Source of the DNA: Candidatus Eiseniibacteriota bacterium
GTDB lineage: Bacteria; Eisenbacteria; RBG-16-71-46
Length of the DNA: 64,000 nt
Assembly (NCBI GenBank): GCA_044223005.1
Contig: JBGAML010000006.1
Location: forward strand, 1-64,000
Direction: 5' to 3'
Shown: positions 38,167 to 47,800 of the stretch, piece by piece
Numbering within the stretch: position 1 is the stretch's first letter
Layout of the letters: every line of letters starts with the position of its first letter
The notes under the pieces: model-generated
Told to the model about the DNA's origin: nothing
Databases searched by the model: none
Seen by the model: only the letters and a program-made list of their open reading frames with translations
Position numbers and translations under genes: made by a program

Positions 38167-38997
38167 TCAGCGGGCCGGCTTCGTGGCCCGGATGAACGCG
38201 CTGTAGAACTTGCCGTCGACCTCGCGCGCGAGCGTCTCCACGTCGAAGCCCTGGCCCGCGAGGAAGTCCTTCGCGTCCTCGACGGTGTAGGTGCGCGTGG
38301 GCTCGAAGCCGACGCCGGTGAACCCGGCCGCCTCCAGCTTCGCACGGTAGTCGCTCTCCTCGAGCGCGCCCGCCACGCAGCCGGACCACAGCTCGACGCT
38401 GCGGCGGATCTTGTCGGGGACGGCGCCGCGCACGACGATGTCGGAGACCGCGAACCGGCCGCCGGGCTTGAGCACCCGGAAGGCCTCGCGCAGCACGCGG
38501 TCCTTGTCGCCCGAGAGGTTGATCACGCAGTTGGAGATGATCACGTCGACCGACGCGTCGGGGAGCGGGATCGCCTCGATCTCGCCCTTCAGGAACTCGA
38601 CGTTGGTGACGCCGGCCTCGGCCTGGTTCCTCCGCGCGAGGTCGAGCATGTCGTCGGTCATGTCCAGCCCGTACGCCTTGCCCGTGGGGCCGACGCGCTT
38701 GGCGGAGAGCAGCACGTCGATGCCGCCGCCGGATCCGAGGTCGAGCACGACCTCGCCCGCAAGCAGTTCGGCGAGCGCGGTGGGATTGCCGCAGCCGAGC
38801 GAGGCCTTGACCGCGTTCTCGGGGAGCGAGTCCGTTTCGTGAGACGCGTAGAGGTCGGAGGTGATCGGGTCGCGCGTCGCGGCCATGCCGCCGCAGCACG
38901 CGGAGCTCCCGCAGCACGAACTCTTCTCGCCGCTCACGGCACGCCGCGCGGCCTCACCGTACTTTTCCTGCACCACGATCTTGAGACTGTCGCTCAT
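38167..38997 (-). CDS. arsM: Arsenite S-adenosylmethyltransferase
   Basis: SLGCGNPTALAEL; VLDLGSGGGID; IISNCVINL; WSGCVAGAL; N-terminal CC pairs. Confidence 0.93.
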   Translation of the reverse strand: MSDSLKIVVQEKYGEAARRAVSGEKSSCCGSSACCGGMAATRDPITSDLYASHETDSLPENAVKASLGCGNPTALAELLAGEVVLDLGSGGGIDVLLSAKRVGPTGKAYGLDMTDDMLDLARRNQAEAGVTNVEFLKGEIEAIPLPDASVDVIISNCVINLSGDKDRVLREAFRVLKPGGRFAVSDIVVRGAVPDKIRRSVELWSGCVAGALEESDYRAKLEAAGFTGVGFEPTRTYTVEDAKDFLAGQGFDVETLAREVDGKFYSAFIRATKPAR

Positions 38998-39380
38998 GCC
39001 CGGCTCCTTTTCGGCCCGCAGTCGCAAAGCGAGATCACGGCGTCCGGGTTCACCGCCCGGGTCCGCGAACAACATTCGGAGAAGAAGAACCCGAGCAGTT
39101 CCTGCAACACCTCGGTGTTCGCGCGGTATCGCAGGAACGTGCTCTCCCGCTCGACGGTCACCAGGCCCTCGGCGCGAAGCCGGTCGAGGTGGTGGGAGAG
39201 CGTCGAGGCCGGGATCGCCAGTTCGGCCTGGATCTCGCCGGCCACCATGCCGGCCGGATGGGCGGCGAGCAGCAGGCGGAGGATCTGCAGCCGCGACTCG
39301 GTACCCAGTGCGGCGAACATGTCGGCGAAGCGTGCGGTCTGCTCCGCGAGGGCTTTGGATGACGAGGTGTTCGGGCTCAT
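38994..39380 (-). CDS. arsR: ArsR/SmtB-family repressor
   Basis: ALGTESRLQILRLL; STLSHHL; C-terminal ECC; coupled to arsM. Confidence 0.9.
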   Translation of the reverse strand: MSPNTSSSKALAEQTARFADMFAALGTESRLQILRLLLAAHPAGMVAGEIQAELAIPASTLSHHLDRLRAEGLVTVERESTFLRYRANTEVLQELLGFFFSECCSRTRAVNPDAVISLCDCGPKRSRA

Positions 39381-39409
39381 ATTTCGATGTTACTGGAAAC
39401 GACGAAATA
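39380..39409. promoter_or_regulatory. Putative ArsR operator
   Basis: AT-rich inverted repeat TATTTCG...CGAAATA abutting the arsR start codon. Confidence 0.55.
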
Positions 39410-39446
39410 AGGCCAACGGAATCAGTGAGGGGCGTTCGGGGAGCGC

Positions 39447-40304
39447 CTACGGTGCCGGCGCGAAGACCCTCCGCAGCGCGCGCAGCGCGGCGGGATGGTA
39501 GATCGTCGCGTGCGTCTCGGCGGGCATGGGCTCGTACCACCAGCGCAGGTGCGCGGGGGGCCGGCGTTGCAGCGCGGCGGCGAGCGCGCTCGTGACGCGC
39601 GCGAGGTCCCACTCGCTGCTGCTCGCGAGGAACAGGGCGCGCGGACGATCGTCCAGCGCCGACAGCCGCTCGGGCGCGGACTTCACGAGCGCTTCGTCGT
39701 TCCACCACAGGCTCGGGTCGAACGCGAGGTAGGCGTCGAACAGGTCCGGCTCGAGCAGGAACGTCTCGACCACGAAGAGCCCGGCGAGCGACTCGCCCAT
39801 GATCGCCGTCTCGCGCGTGGTGCGGTAGCGCGCGTCGATCGCGGGGCGCAGTTCGTCGCGCAGGAAGGCGCGAAACGCGGCGGAGCCGCCCACGTGCGGC
39901 GCGATCTCGCGATCGCGCGGGTTGCGCGTGGGGCCGGTGAGGTCGCGGCGGCGCTGCGTGTTCTCGATGCCCACGAGCATGAACGGCCGCATGCCGCCGT
40001 TGCCGATCAGCACCTGCAGCAGCCCGGCCACGTGCTGGAAGTCCTCCGCGATTCCGCCGTCGGGCATGTAGAGCACGGGCAGTCGCACGGATGCCGACTC
40101 GGCGTAGACGGGCGGCAGCCACACGTTGATGCGCCGCACTTCGCCGAGCGAGTCGGAGCGCAGCGTGAACGTTTCGCCGATCGCGATCGGCGCGGCCACG
40201 CTCACGGCGGGCGCCGCGGGCTTCGCGGCCGTCCCTGCGGCCGCCGGCACCGCGAAAACCAGGCCCAGCAGCGCCCATGCGAATCCCGTGCGCATCGTCG
40301 TCAT
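39447..40304 (-). CDS. Secreted IroE-like alpha/beta hydrolase (esterase)
   Basis: Signal peptide; PVLYMPDG; RRRDLT; GESLAG; PSLWW; ETHATIY. Confidence 0.88.
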   Translation of the reverse strand: MTTMRTGFAWALLGLVFAVPAAAGTAAKPAAPAVSVAAPIAIGETFTLRSDSLGEVRRINVWLPPVYAESASVRLPVLYMPDGGIAEDFQHVAGLLQVLIGNGGMRPFMLVGIENTQRRRDLTGPTRNPRDREIAPHVGGSAAFRAFLRDELRPAIDARYRTTRETAIMGESLAGLFVVETFLLEPDLFDAYLAFDPSLWWNDEALVKSAPERLSALDDRPRALFLASSSEWDLARVTSALAAALQRRPPAHLRWWYEPMPAETHATIYHPAALRALRRVFAPAP

Positions 40305-40395
40305 CGTCCGCCTCCCCGGTGGCCGGCCCCGCCCGGGCCGCTCGCGCCACCGTAGCGGTGCGGCCCGGGGCTCCGCAACGCGGGCGGACGAAACG

Positions 40396-40430
40396 CCGCG
40401 GCCCCGGCGAACGGATCGCCGGGGCCGCGG
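40396..40430 (-). terminator. Intrinsic terminator after the coiled-coil gene
   Basis: CCGCGGCCCCGGCGA/TCGCCGGGGCCGCGG stem followed by CGTTTCGT on the minus strand. Confidence 0.65.
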
Positions 40431-40446
40431 GTGTGCGATCGCTGGA

Positions 40447-43140
40447 CTAGGCGGCGCGGGCGAACGGCTCGCCGTCCTCCTCCTCGTCGTCGTCGGCCGC
40501 CTCGTTCTCGCGGCCGCCGTTCGCGGCCTCGATCACGCGCGTCGTGAGTTCGCGCTCCTCGCGCAGGTTGTCGATCGTGGCCTGCGCCTGCCGCAGCAGG
40601 AACTGCAGCGAGCCGGTCTTCTCGACCGCCTGGTCCACGAGCGCCTTCTGGCCCTGCAGCGCCTCGATGCTCGAGCGGACGTCGACCAGCAGCGCCTCGG
40701 CGCGCGCGAGGCGCCCCTCGGCCTTCGCCATCTGCCGTTCGCGTTCCTCGATCGCCGAGGACGTCTCCTGCACGTCGCGCAGCTTGCCGGTCACCTCCAC
40801 GAGCATCGCGCGGCTCTCCTCGATGCTGCGGCGGGCCGACGTGATCTCGCGCACCTGCGACGCCGTCTGCTCGGCCATCTCGAACATGTGCTCGAGATCG
40901 GCGCCGAGCGACGACACCGTGTTCTGGCGCGACACGATCTGTTCGAGCGAACGGGCCACGTCCTGCTCGACGAGGTCCCACTTGGCCAGGCGCGCTTCGA
41001 ACGCGGCCAGCCGCTCGTGCACGGTGAGGAAGTGCGCGGCGCGGTCCTCGAGCTTGGCCGACATGGCATCGACCTCGGCGGCGCGCTTCTGGGCGCCGGC
41101 CACCGTCTCGCCGAGCTTCTTGGAGAGCTGTCCGAGCTGCTGCGCGGCGTTCGCCGACTCCTGCCGCAGCGTCGACGCCTTCTCGAGCTGCGCCGCGGCC
41201 TCCTCGAGCGAGCGCTGCCGCTGCTCGGTCTCGGCCTTGAGCGCGCGCGCCTGCTCGGCCAGCGCCTCGATCGCGTCGCAGCGCGACTCGGCTTCGGCCG
41301 CCGTGCGCGCCGCCTGCTGCACGCGCCGTTCGGCCTGTTCGACGCCCGCGGTGACCTCCGCGATCGTCTTCGCGATCAGGTCCGCCTCCTCGGAGTGCTC
41401 GCCCAGCGCGACGAAGCGCTGCTCGGCGGCGTCGACGCGGCTCTTCAGCGCCTGCTCGCGCTCGTCGAGACGCGCCGTCAGCGCCTCGAGCTCCGCCATG
41501 CGGCGGTGCATGTTCTCGACCGACTCGCGCCGGGCCTCGATCGCGTCCATGGACTCCTGGATGCGGTGCGCCTGGCGCTGCACGACGTCGATCGTGGGCG
41601 CGAGGTTGCGCAGGTCGGCGACCTGCTCGCGCATGTTCTGCAGCGAGCGCTCGACGTCCGCGAGCCACGTGCGCGTCTCGGTGTTCTCGCCGAGGATGCG
41701 GGCGATCTCCTGGCGCGCCGTCGTGGCCTGCTCGAGCGTGTCGCGCACCAGCGCGTGCGCGCCGGCGAGGTGCTCGAGGTCGCGTAGGGCGTTGTCCACC
41801 TGCGGCCGCGCGTTCTGCAGCTCCTGCACCGACTGGCCGAGCGTGCGCGCGGACTGCTGCGCCTGTTCGAGCTCGCGGCGCATCGCCCGCAGCTGTTCGA
41901 CGTCCTTGCCGACGGTGGTGAGCTCCTGCGCGAAGCCGGACAGCTGCGTGCCGATCGACTGCGTCCGCGACGCCAGCTCGGCGACGGTCTGGCCGGACTC
42001 GGCGAGGCCCTTGAAGCGGTTCTCGAAATCCGTGACGGAACCGCGCAGGTCGGTGATGCGCTGGCTCACCGACTCGAGGCCGCGGTTCTCGAAATCGAAC
42101 CGCTCGACGGCCTTGCGGTATTCGTCCTGCATCGCCTGCAGCTCGTGGCGCGCCTCGCGGGCCCGCTCGTCGGCTTCGCGCTGCAGTTCCTGGATCTCGT
42201 TCGAGCGGTTGAGCACCGACTCGTGCAGCGACTGCAGTGCCTCGACCTCGCCCTGCAACGAGTTCAGCGCCTTCTCGTTCTCGAGCTGCTGCCGGACGCC
42301 GGAGTCGATGCGACGCATCACCTGGTCCAGCTGCGAGGCCTGGCCGAGCGCGCGCTCGACGGACTCGCGCTGCGCTTCCAGCGCGGCGCTCTTCTGGCCG
42401 ACGAAGTCACCCAGCGCCTTGAGCGCGCCGAGGTCGCGGCGCAGCTGCTCCATGCCGGCCTGCGCGCCGTCGAGCGTCTTGACCGCACGTTCGACGCTGG
42501 CCACGCGGCGCTCCTTGTCCTGCATGTCGCGGCTCAGCTCGTCGCGGCGCCGGTCGAGCGCCTCCATCTTGGTGAGCGCGAGCTTGTGCGCGTCCTGCAG
42601 GCGGTCCTGCTGCTCGCGCACGCGCGACAGCTGGTCGCCGGCGGTGTCGAACTGCGAGCGCAGGGTCTCCGCTTCGCCGCGGAGCTGGTGGAAGGGCTTC
42701 TCGATCTCGAGGAACGACTGCAGCTGCTCCTTGAGCGAGTGCGCGCCTTCGATGCGCTGGCGCATGTCTTCGAACTCGGTCTTGATCTTCTGCGAGTCCT
42801 CGAGCGCACCCGTCAGGCGCTCCTCGGCCCACGTCTGGCTCTGGGAGATCGCGGCGGCGCGCTCCTCGAGGTTCTCGTAGAGACCGGAGATCTGGACGAG
42901 GTTCTCGACCCGCGCCTCGATCGCCGCGATGCGTTCGGCGACGACGTCCACGTCGGTGGTCGCCTTGGCGATCGGTTCACCGAGGCCCGCGAGCTGCCCG
43001 ACGGCCTCCTGGATCCGCGAGAGCAGCGCCTCGTGGCGGTTGCGCTCGGCCTGCAGCTGTTCGAGGAGGCCGCGCAGTTCGTCGGCGACCTCACGGTCCT
43101 TGGTGCCGTTCCCGAGCAGGTTCTTGAGCAGGGGGGCCAC
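40447..43140 (-). CDS. 897-aa coiled-coil protein (no ATPase motifs)
   Basis: AAGGAG RBS with GTG start; continuous E/Q/R/L/A heptads; acidic tail; no signal peptide or TM helix. Confidence 0.88.
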   Translation of the reverse strand: MAPLLKNLLGNGTKDREVADELRGLLEQLQAERNRHEALLSRIQEAVGQLAGLGEPIAKATTDVDVVAERIAAIEARVENLVQISGLYENLEERAAAISQSQTWAEERLTGALEDSQKIKTEFEDMRQRIEGAHSLKEQLQSFLEIEKPFHQLRGEAETLRSQFDTAGDQLSRVREQQDRLQDAHKLALTKMEALDRRRDELSRDMQDKERRVASVERAVKTLDGAQAGMEQLRRDLGALKALGDFVGQKSAALEAQRESVERALGQASQLDQVMRRIDSGVRQQLENEKALNSLQGEVEALQSLHESVLNRSNEIQELQREADERAREARHELQAMQDEYRKAVERFDFENRGLESVSQRITDLRGSVTDFENRFKGLAESGQTVAELASRTQSIGTQLSGFAQELTTVGKDVEQLRAMRRELEQAQQSARTLGQSVQELQNARPQVDNALRDLEHLAGAHALVRDTLEQATTARQEIARILGENTETRTWLADVERSLQNMREQVADLRNLAPTIDVVQRQAHRIQESMDAIEARRESVENMHRRMAELEALTARLDEREQALKSRVDAAEQRFVALGEHSEEADLIAKTIAEVTAGVEQAERRVQQAARTAAEAESRCDAIEALAEQARALKAETEQRQRSLEEAAAQLEKASTLRQESANAAQQLGQLSKKLGETVAGAQKRAAEVDAMSAKLEDRAAHFLTVHERLAAFEARLAKWDLVEQDVARSLEQIVSRQNTVSSLGADLEHMFEMAEQTASQVREITSARRSIEESRAMLVEVTGKLRDVQETSSAIEERERQMAKAEGRLARAEALLVDVRSSIEALQGQKALVDQAVEKTGSLQFLLRQAQATIDNLREERELTTRVIEAANGGRENEAADDDEEEDGEPFARAA

Positions 43141-43360
43141 GATCGTCTCCTTGTGTTCGATGATCGCTTCTCCCGTTCGTCCTCACGGGACGCCCGGGCG
43201 CGGCATGGGGTGTGTGACCCGGCTCCGTCGCGGCGCGCGGATCCGGTGCGAAAACGTGCGGCCGTCCGCCTGCAAGAGGCAGACCCCCTCGGGACATCAT
43301 TCGTGGCGCTGCGGTGCCCGCCCTTCCGGGCTCCGCCACGCGTTGCGAGGACGCCCGGAA

Positions 43361-43376
43361 TGCAAGACGCAAGCCG
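43361..43376 (-). promoter_or_regulatory. Possible sigma54 promoter for the coiled-coil gene
   Basis: CGGCTTGCGTCTTGCA: GG-N10-GC with a consensus TTGCA -12 box but a weak -24 box. Confidence 0.4.
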
Positions 43377-43613
43377 GAACCGGGCAATCCGAGACCCCAA
43401 GGGAGAGAATAGGTTGCGCCTGCGGGGGTTCCGGTGGGGTCGCCCGGTCGGTGGGAGCCGGCTGGATTCTCGCCGGAGGTCAGGCCGGACCGGGTCGAAA
43501 TCCGGCCGGAGCCGCCGTCACGGGGTGCCCGCCGAGCCTTCCCGCGGCTCGCCCCGGAACGCGCGCGGCCGGGACGCGTGAGGCGTCCCGGCCGCGGCGG
43601 TCGGCTCGGTCGC

Positions 43614-44798
43614 TCACCGGCGCCGGTGCACGGTCCGGTGCGTGCGCTTCGCGGGCGCGACGTGCTTCGCCGGTGTCGCGCGGTGGGCGTTCTTGTCGCC
43701 CTCGAGCTGCAGGTCGCTCTCCTGGTCCTCGGCCTGGATGTCGCGGCCCTCGGAGTCCACAAACACCATTTCGACGCGCCGGTTGCGCGCGAAATTGGCC
43801 TTCGAGTCCTCGGTGACCTTGAGCTCGGACTTGCCCTTGAACGTGGTCGTGATCCGCGCCGGCGCGATGCCCAGCTCGCGCAGGTACGACGCCACCGAGT
43901 TTACGCGGTGGCTCGAGAGCCTGAGGTTGTACGCGACGCTCGCGCGCGAGTCGGTGTGACCCTCGAGCCGCACCGTGATGCTCGGGTACTTCGCCAGCAC
44001 CTTCACGACCCCGGCGATCACGTCCTTCGACGTCGCGCTCAGGTAGTACTTGTCGAGCGCGAAGTGCACGTTGCGCGGGATCCGCAACTCCTCGGCCGTG
44101 GGCGCCGCCGCCACCGGCGCGACGGGCTCCGACGGCGCGATCACCACGGGCGCCGGCTTCGGCGCCTCGACCACGATCGGCTTCGGCTCGGCGTTCACGG
44201 GCTGGCAGGCGGCGACCAGCGCACGTGCTTCGTCGAGCGCCTTCTCCGCGGCCGCGAGATGCGGCGAGGCCTGGCAGTCGCCCAGCAGGACCTGCTCGTG
44301 CCCGGCGTAGAGGAGCTCGACCTCGGCGTGAGCGAGCGGACGCTGCGCGCACGGGAAGCCGTCGCCGTGCTTCATGGCTTCGAGCGCGTCCCAGAGATCG
44401 GGACGCACCTTCGTGCTGCCGGGAAGGATGCCGCCGGTGGGGACGTCGCCGGGTGCCAGCGGCCGCCGATCGCGCTCGACGGCATCGGCGAGGCTCTCGG
44501 CTTCCGCGTAGGCGGCGGCCGTGAACCCGGTGGGATCGTCGTCGAGGTAGGCGGTGCCCGCGGCCACGAGCATGTAGTGGGCGCGCACGGTCCGCCATTC
44601 GAGCGGGTCGCCGGCCGAAACGGCGCGGGCCTGAACCGAGTCGATTCGCGCGAGATCCCGCGCGATCGCCTCATCCGTGATGCGCTGGCGCAGCGGCGTG
44701 AGCCCCGCCGCGCTCGCGGGAATCGCGAGCACCGCGGCGAGGGAGACGAGCCCCGAGACGGCCAGGGCGGCGAGCGTGACGTGTGCAGTGCGGTTCAT
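43614..44798 (-). CDS. OmpA-family peptidoglycan-binding protein with helical N-terminal domain
   Basis: GAGGTGAGG RBS; signal peptide; VHFALD; EGHTD; YNLRLSSHRVNSV; NRRVE. Confidence 0.9.
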   Translation of the reverse strand: MNRTAHVTLAALAVSGLVSLAAVLAIPASAAGLTPLRQRITDEAIARDLARIDSVQARAVSAGDPLEWRTVRAHYMLVAAGTAYLDDDPTGFTAAAYAEAESLADAVERDRRPLAPGDVPTGGILPGSTKVRPDLWDALEAMKHGDGFPCAQRPLAHAEVELLYAGHEQVLLGDCQASPHLAAAEKALDEARALVAACQPVNAEPKPIVVEAPKPAPVVIAPSEPVAPVAAAPTAEELRIPRNVHFALDKYYLSATSKDVIAGVVKVLAKYPSITVRLEGHTDSRASVAYNLRLSSHRVNSVASYLRELGIAPARITTTFKGKSELKVTEDSKANFARNRRVEMVFVDSEGRDIQAEDQESDLQLEGDKNAHRATPAKHVAPAKRTHRTVHRRR

Positions 44799-44812
44799 GT
44801 TCCCTCACCTCC

Positions 44813-47800
44813 TCACTTGCGACCGAGGCCGAGCGTGGCCTCGTCGAACTTGAAGCCCATCTGGACGTACGGGCCGCGATCGCTGCGATCGAGCCCCAGC
44901 CCGTCGTCCTGGAACCCGAACACGTTCCACCCGAGCGCGCCGCGCAGGCCACGCGCGAGCCCGATGCCGACCTCGCCGCCGGCACCCCAGCGCTTCTGTC
45001 CGCCGGTGCCCGAGAGCACGCGGCCGGCGAAGCCAGCGTCGAAGCGGCGCGTGAGGTCCACGAGCGCGCGGCCGCCCAGCAGTTGCGTGGTCGTCCGCAG
45101 GTCGTTGCCTGGGCTGCGGTCGCGCAGCCACTTCGCCGCGACCTGGCCCGAGAGCGTCCAGCGGACCGCGGGCTTCACGTTGACGTCGGCGCGGACTACG
45201 TTCGTCGTCCGGCGCGAGGCCGACGAGCCGACGTCGCCGTTGCCCTCGTACTGCCGCTGCCAGCGCGCGAGCCCGTTCACCCGGTTGGCGTCGGTCTGGC
45301 GGTAGGCGAGCCCGACCTGCGTCTCGTAGCGGCGCGCCGTCGCCTCGTCGAACGGCGTGCCGAGCCATGTCAGCCGGCCGAGCGTCGACCAGTCGCGGTC
45401 CAGCTTGCGGCTCGCGCCCAGCGTCGCGAGCCACTGGTCGGCGTCGCCTGCGTCCCGGACCTCGACACGGGCGGTGCCCTTCCAGAGCGGATCGCCCGTC
45501 CACTCGACGCCGCTCGTGACGCTGGTGCTGGGACTGCCGCCCGCACCCGGGCCTTCCAGCACGCTCAGCCGCTCGAACGACGCGTCCACCCGCACGCCCG
45601 GCGCGACCGCCCAGCGATTGCGGACGCCGAACGCCGCCTGCGCGTCCCGGCCCGCGAACGCGTCGCGGGCGCGGTACTCGGTGAACACCTGGCCGTCGCG
45701 CAGCTCGTCGCTGGCGATCCCGATCACCGTGTGCGCCTGCTGCTGCGCCGTGTTGAGCGCGAAGGGCCCGGCGAACGACGCGATGTTCTCGTGCTGCGCG
45801 TAGAGCCGCGTCCGCGCGGCGACGCGGGCGTCGGCGCCCACGGCCCAGCGCTTCTGCGTGGACTGGTCGAGGTCCTCTTCCAGTTCGAGGAACGCCGAAC
45901 CGTGGACCTTGTCGGGCAGGGCGGCCGTGACGCGGCCGCGCACACTGCTCGCCTGGTTCGGGGCCGCGCCCGCGGTGAGCGGCGATGCGGGCGTGCTCGT
46001 CTCCTCGGCGTTCCGGTACGCGAACTCGGCCGTGACGCCGTCGCCCAGCGTGCGGGAAGCGCCCAGCTCGAAGCCGGTGCGCCGCCCGTGCGTGACGAGG
46101 TCCTCGGTGCGCAGCGCGTTCAGGAACGCGTGCGTGCGCGTGCCGAGCGGCAACGTCGCGTTCGCGCCCCATTCGGCCCGGCCGGCGCCGGTGCCAGCGG
46201 AAGCATTGTCGAATGTGCCGTCCACGCGCGAGGCGAACGCCTTCGCACGGAAGTCCGTGCGATCGATCGCGAGTTCGCTCCGCCACGCGGCGCCGTGACG
46301 GTCTCCCGCGAGGAACGTGCTGCCGGAGTCGCTGCGCGCGGCCTCGGCGGCGAGCCTCAGGCCCGCGACCGGCGTCCACGCCGCATCCACGCTCGCGAGG
46401 TTGGCCGGCTTCGCCGGATCCTCGTCGCGGCTGGCCGCCGCACCCAGCGTCAACGCCGCGGTGGGCTTGACGGTCGCGCCGCCGCCGAACGTCCAGTACG
46501 CGTCCCCGACGCTTTCGGCCTCGTACGTCACGCGCACGGAGACCGGGTTCAGGTCCACGTCGACGCCGGGCACCGGCTGGCGGAACAGCAGCCGGCCCGT
46601 GAACGGCTCGACCGTGTAGTCGGCGAAACGCACCATCGCCCGGCGCGAGAGGATCCGCGACGGCTGGTTGCGGTCGCGCGTCACGATCTCGACCTGCTCG
46701 CTGCCGAGCGTGCCGTCGCTGCGCGAGAGCGTGTACGGGCCCGAGACGCCGAGGCCCGGCAGCTCGTCCACCACTTGGTGCGAGCGGCCCTGCGTGGCGA
46801 ACGCGTCCGCCTGCACGCGGCCATCGCCCAGGTGCGTGACGGCGCCGTTGATGCTGCGCTGGAACGCGCCGAGCTGCTGACCCGTGTGCATCGGGGTGGT
46901 GAAATCGCCGAACTGCGCGAACGACGCCTGGCGGTCGACGCGCAGGTAGAGCCGCGAGTCGCTCGGTGCGTTCCACTCGTGCACCGACGCGTCACCCACG
47001 AGGTCGTAGCCCTCGAACGGACGGATGTCGCGGAACATGCGCCGCTCACGATCGCTCTCGGTGTCGTAACGGCCGGTGAGCGTCGCGCCGTGGCCCACGT
47101 CACCCGTGACGTAGACCGCGCCGCGGCCGCCGGAGTGCGAACCGCCCTCGTCCGACCAGCCGCCCACGTCCTGCAGCGCTTCGGTGAAGCCGTCGGTCGC
47201 GATGCCGGGCGTGTCGCCGAACTTCGACGAATGCCAGTCGATGCGCGCGTCTATGAGTCCCGAGACGAGCAGCGGGTGAGAGGCGGGGATGAAGTGGACG
47301 ATGGTGCTGTCGGAGACGTCGCCGGACGTCGTGCGGACCATGGCATCACCCGGGCGAGCGGGCGGAAGGAACCAGAAGTCTCTGCCCACGAGGGTCTGAA
47401 CACCTGGGGCGATTGGATCGAGATCGCTCGACGTGAAGCGTCCAGCGGTCGTTTCGATCGTAATACGAGTTCCGGGTTCCCACGCGGGCCTTGGCAGGAA
47501 TCGGAGCAACGTCTTGCCGTCGCCGGGAACCACGTAGCCGGTCGAATCGGTGCGAAGGTGGTACATCGGGATGGTGGAATAGTCCTTGCCGCTGGAATCA
47601 TCTGCGAAGGGACGGGGCAGGACCACCGCGGTCGATGAGTTTCCCAGATCCTCGAAGACGCCTCGGCCGACTGCTTCCCAGCGATAGGACGGCACGAGAT
47701 GCCCTTCGCGCGTGGCCGCTGTGACGTGCAGCAAACCGAATTCCGCGAAGGGATCGGCGGCTTGCGTGACCTCGCCTTGGGTACGGCGATGACGAACCAC

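Noticed and set aside
38167..40350. Apparent 727-aa ArsM fusion
   Set aside because: The upstream part overlaps arsR and the esterase in other frames; arsM has its own RBS and ATG at 38997
40447..43140. SMC/SbcC or Wadjet-type defence ATPase
   Set aside because: No Walker A/B, signature motif or partner genes
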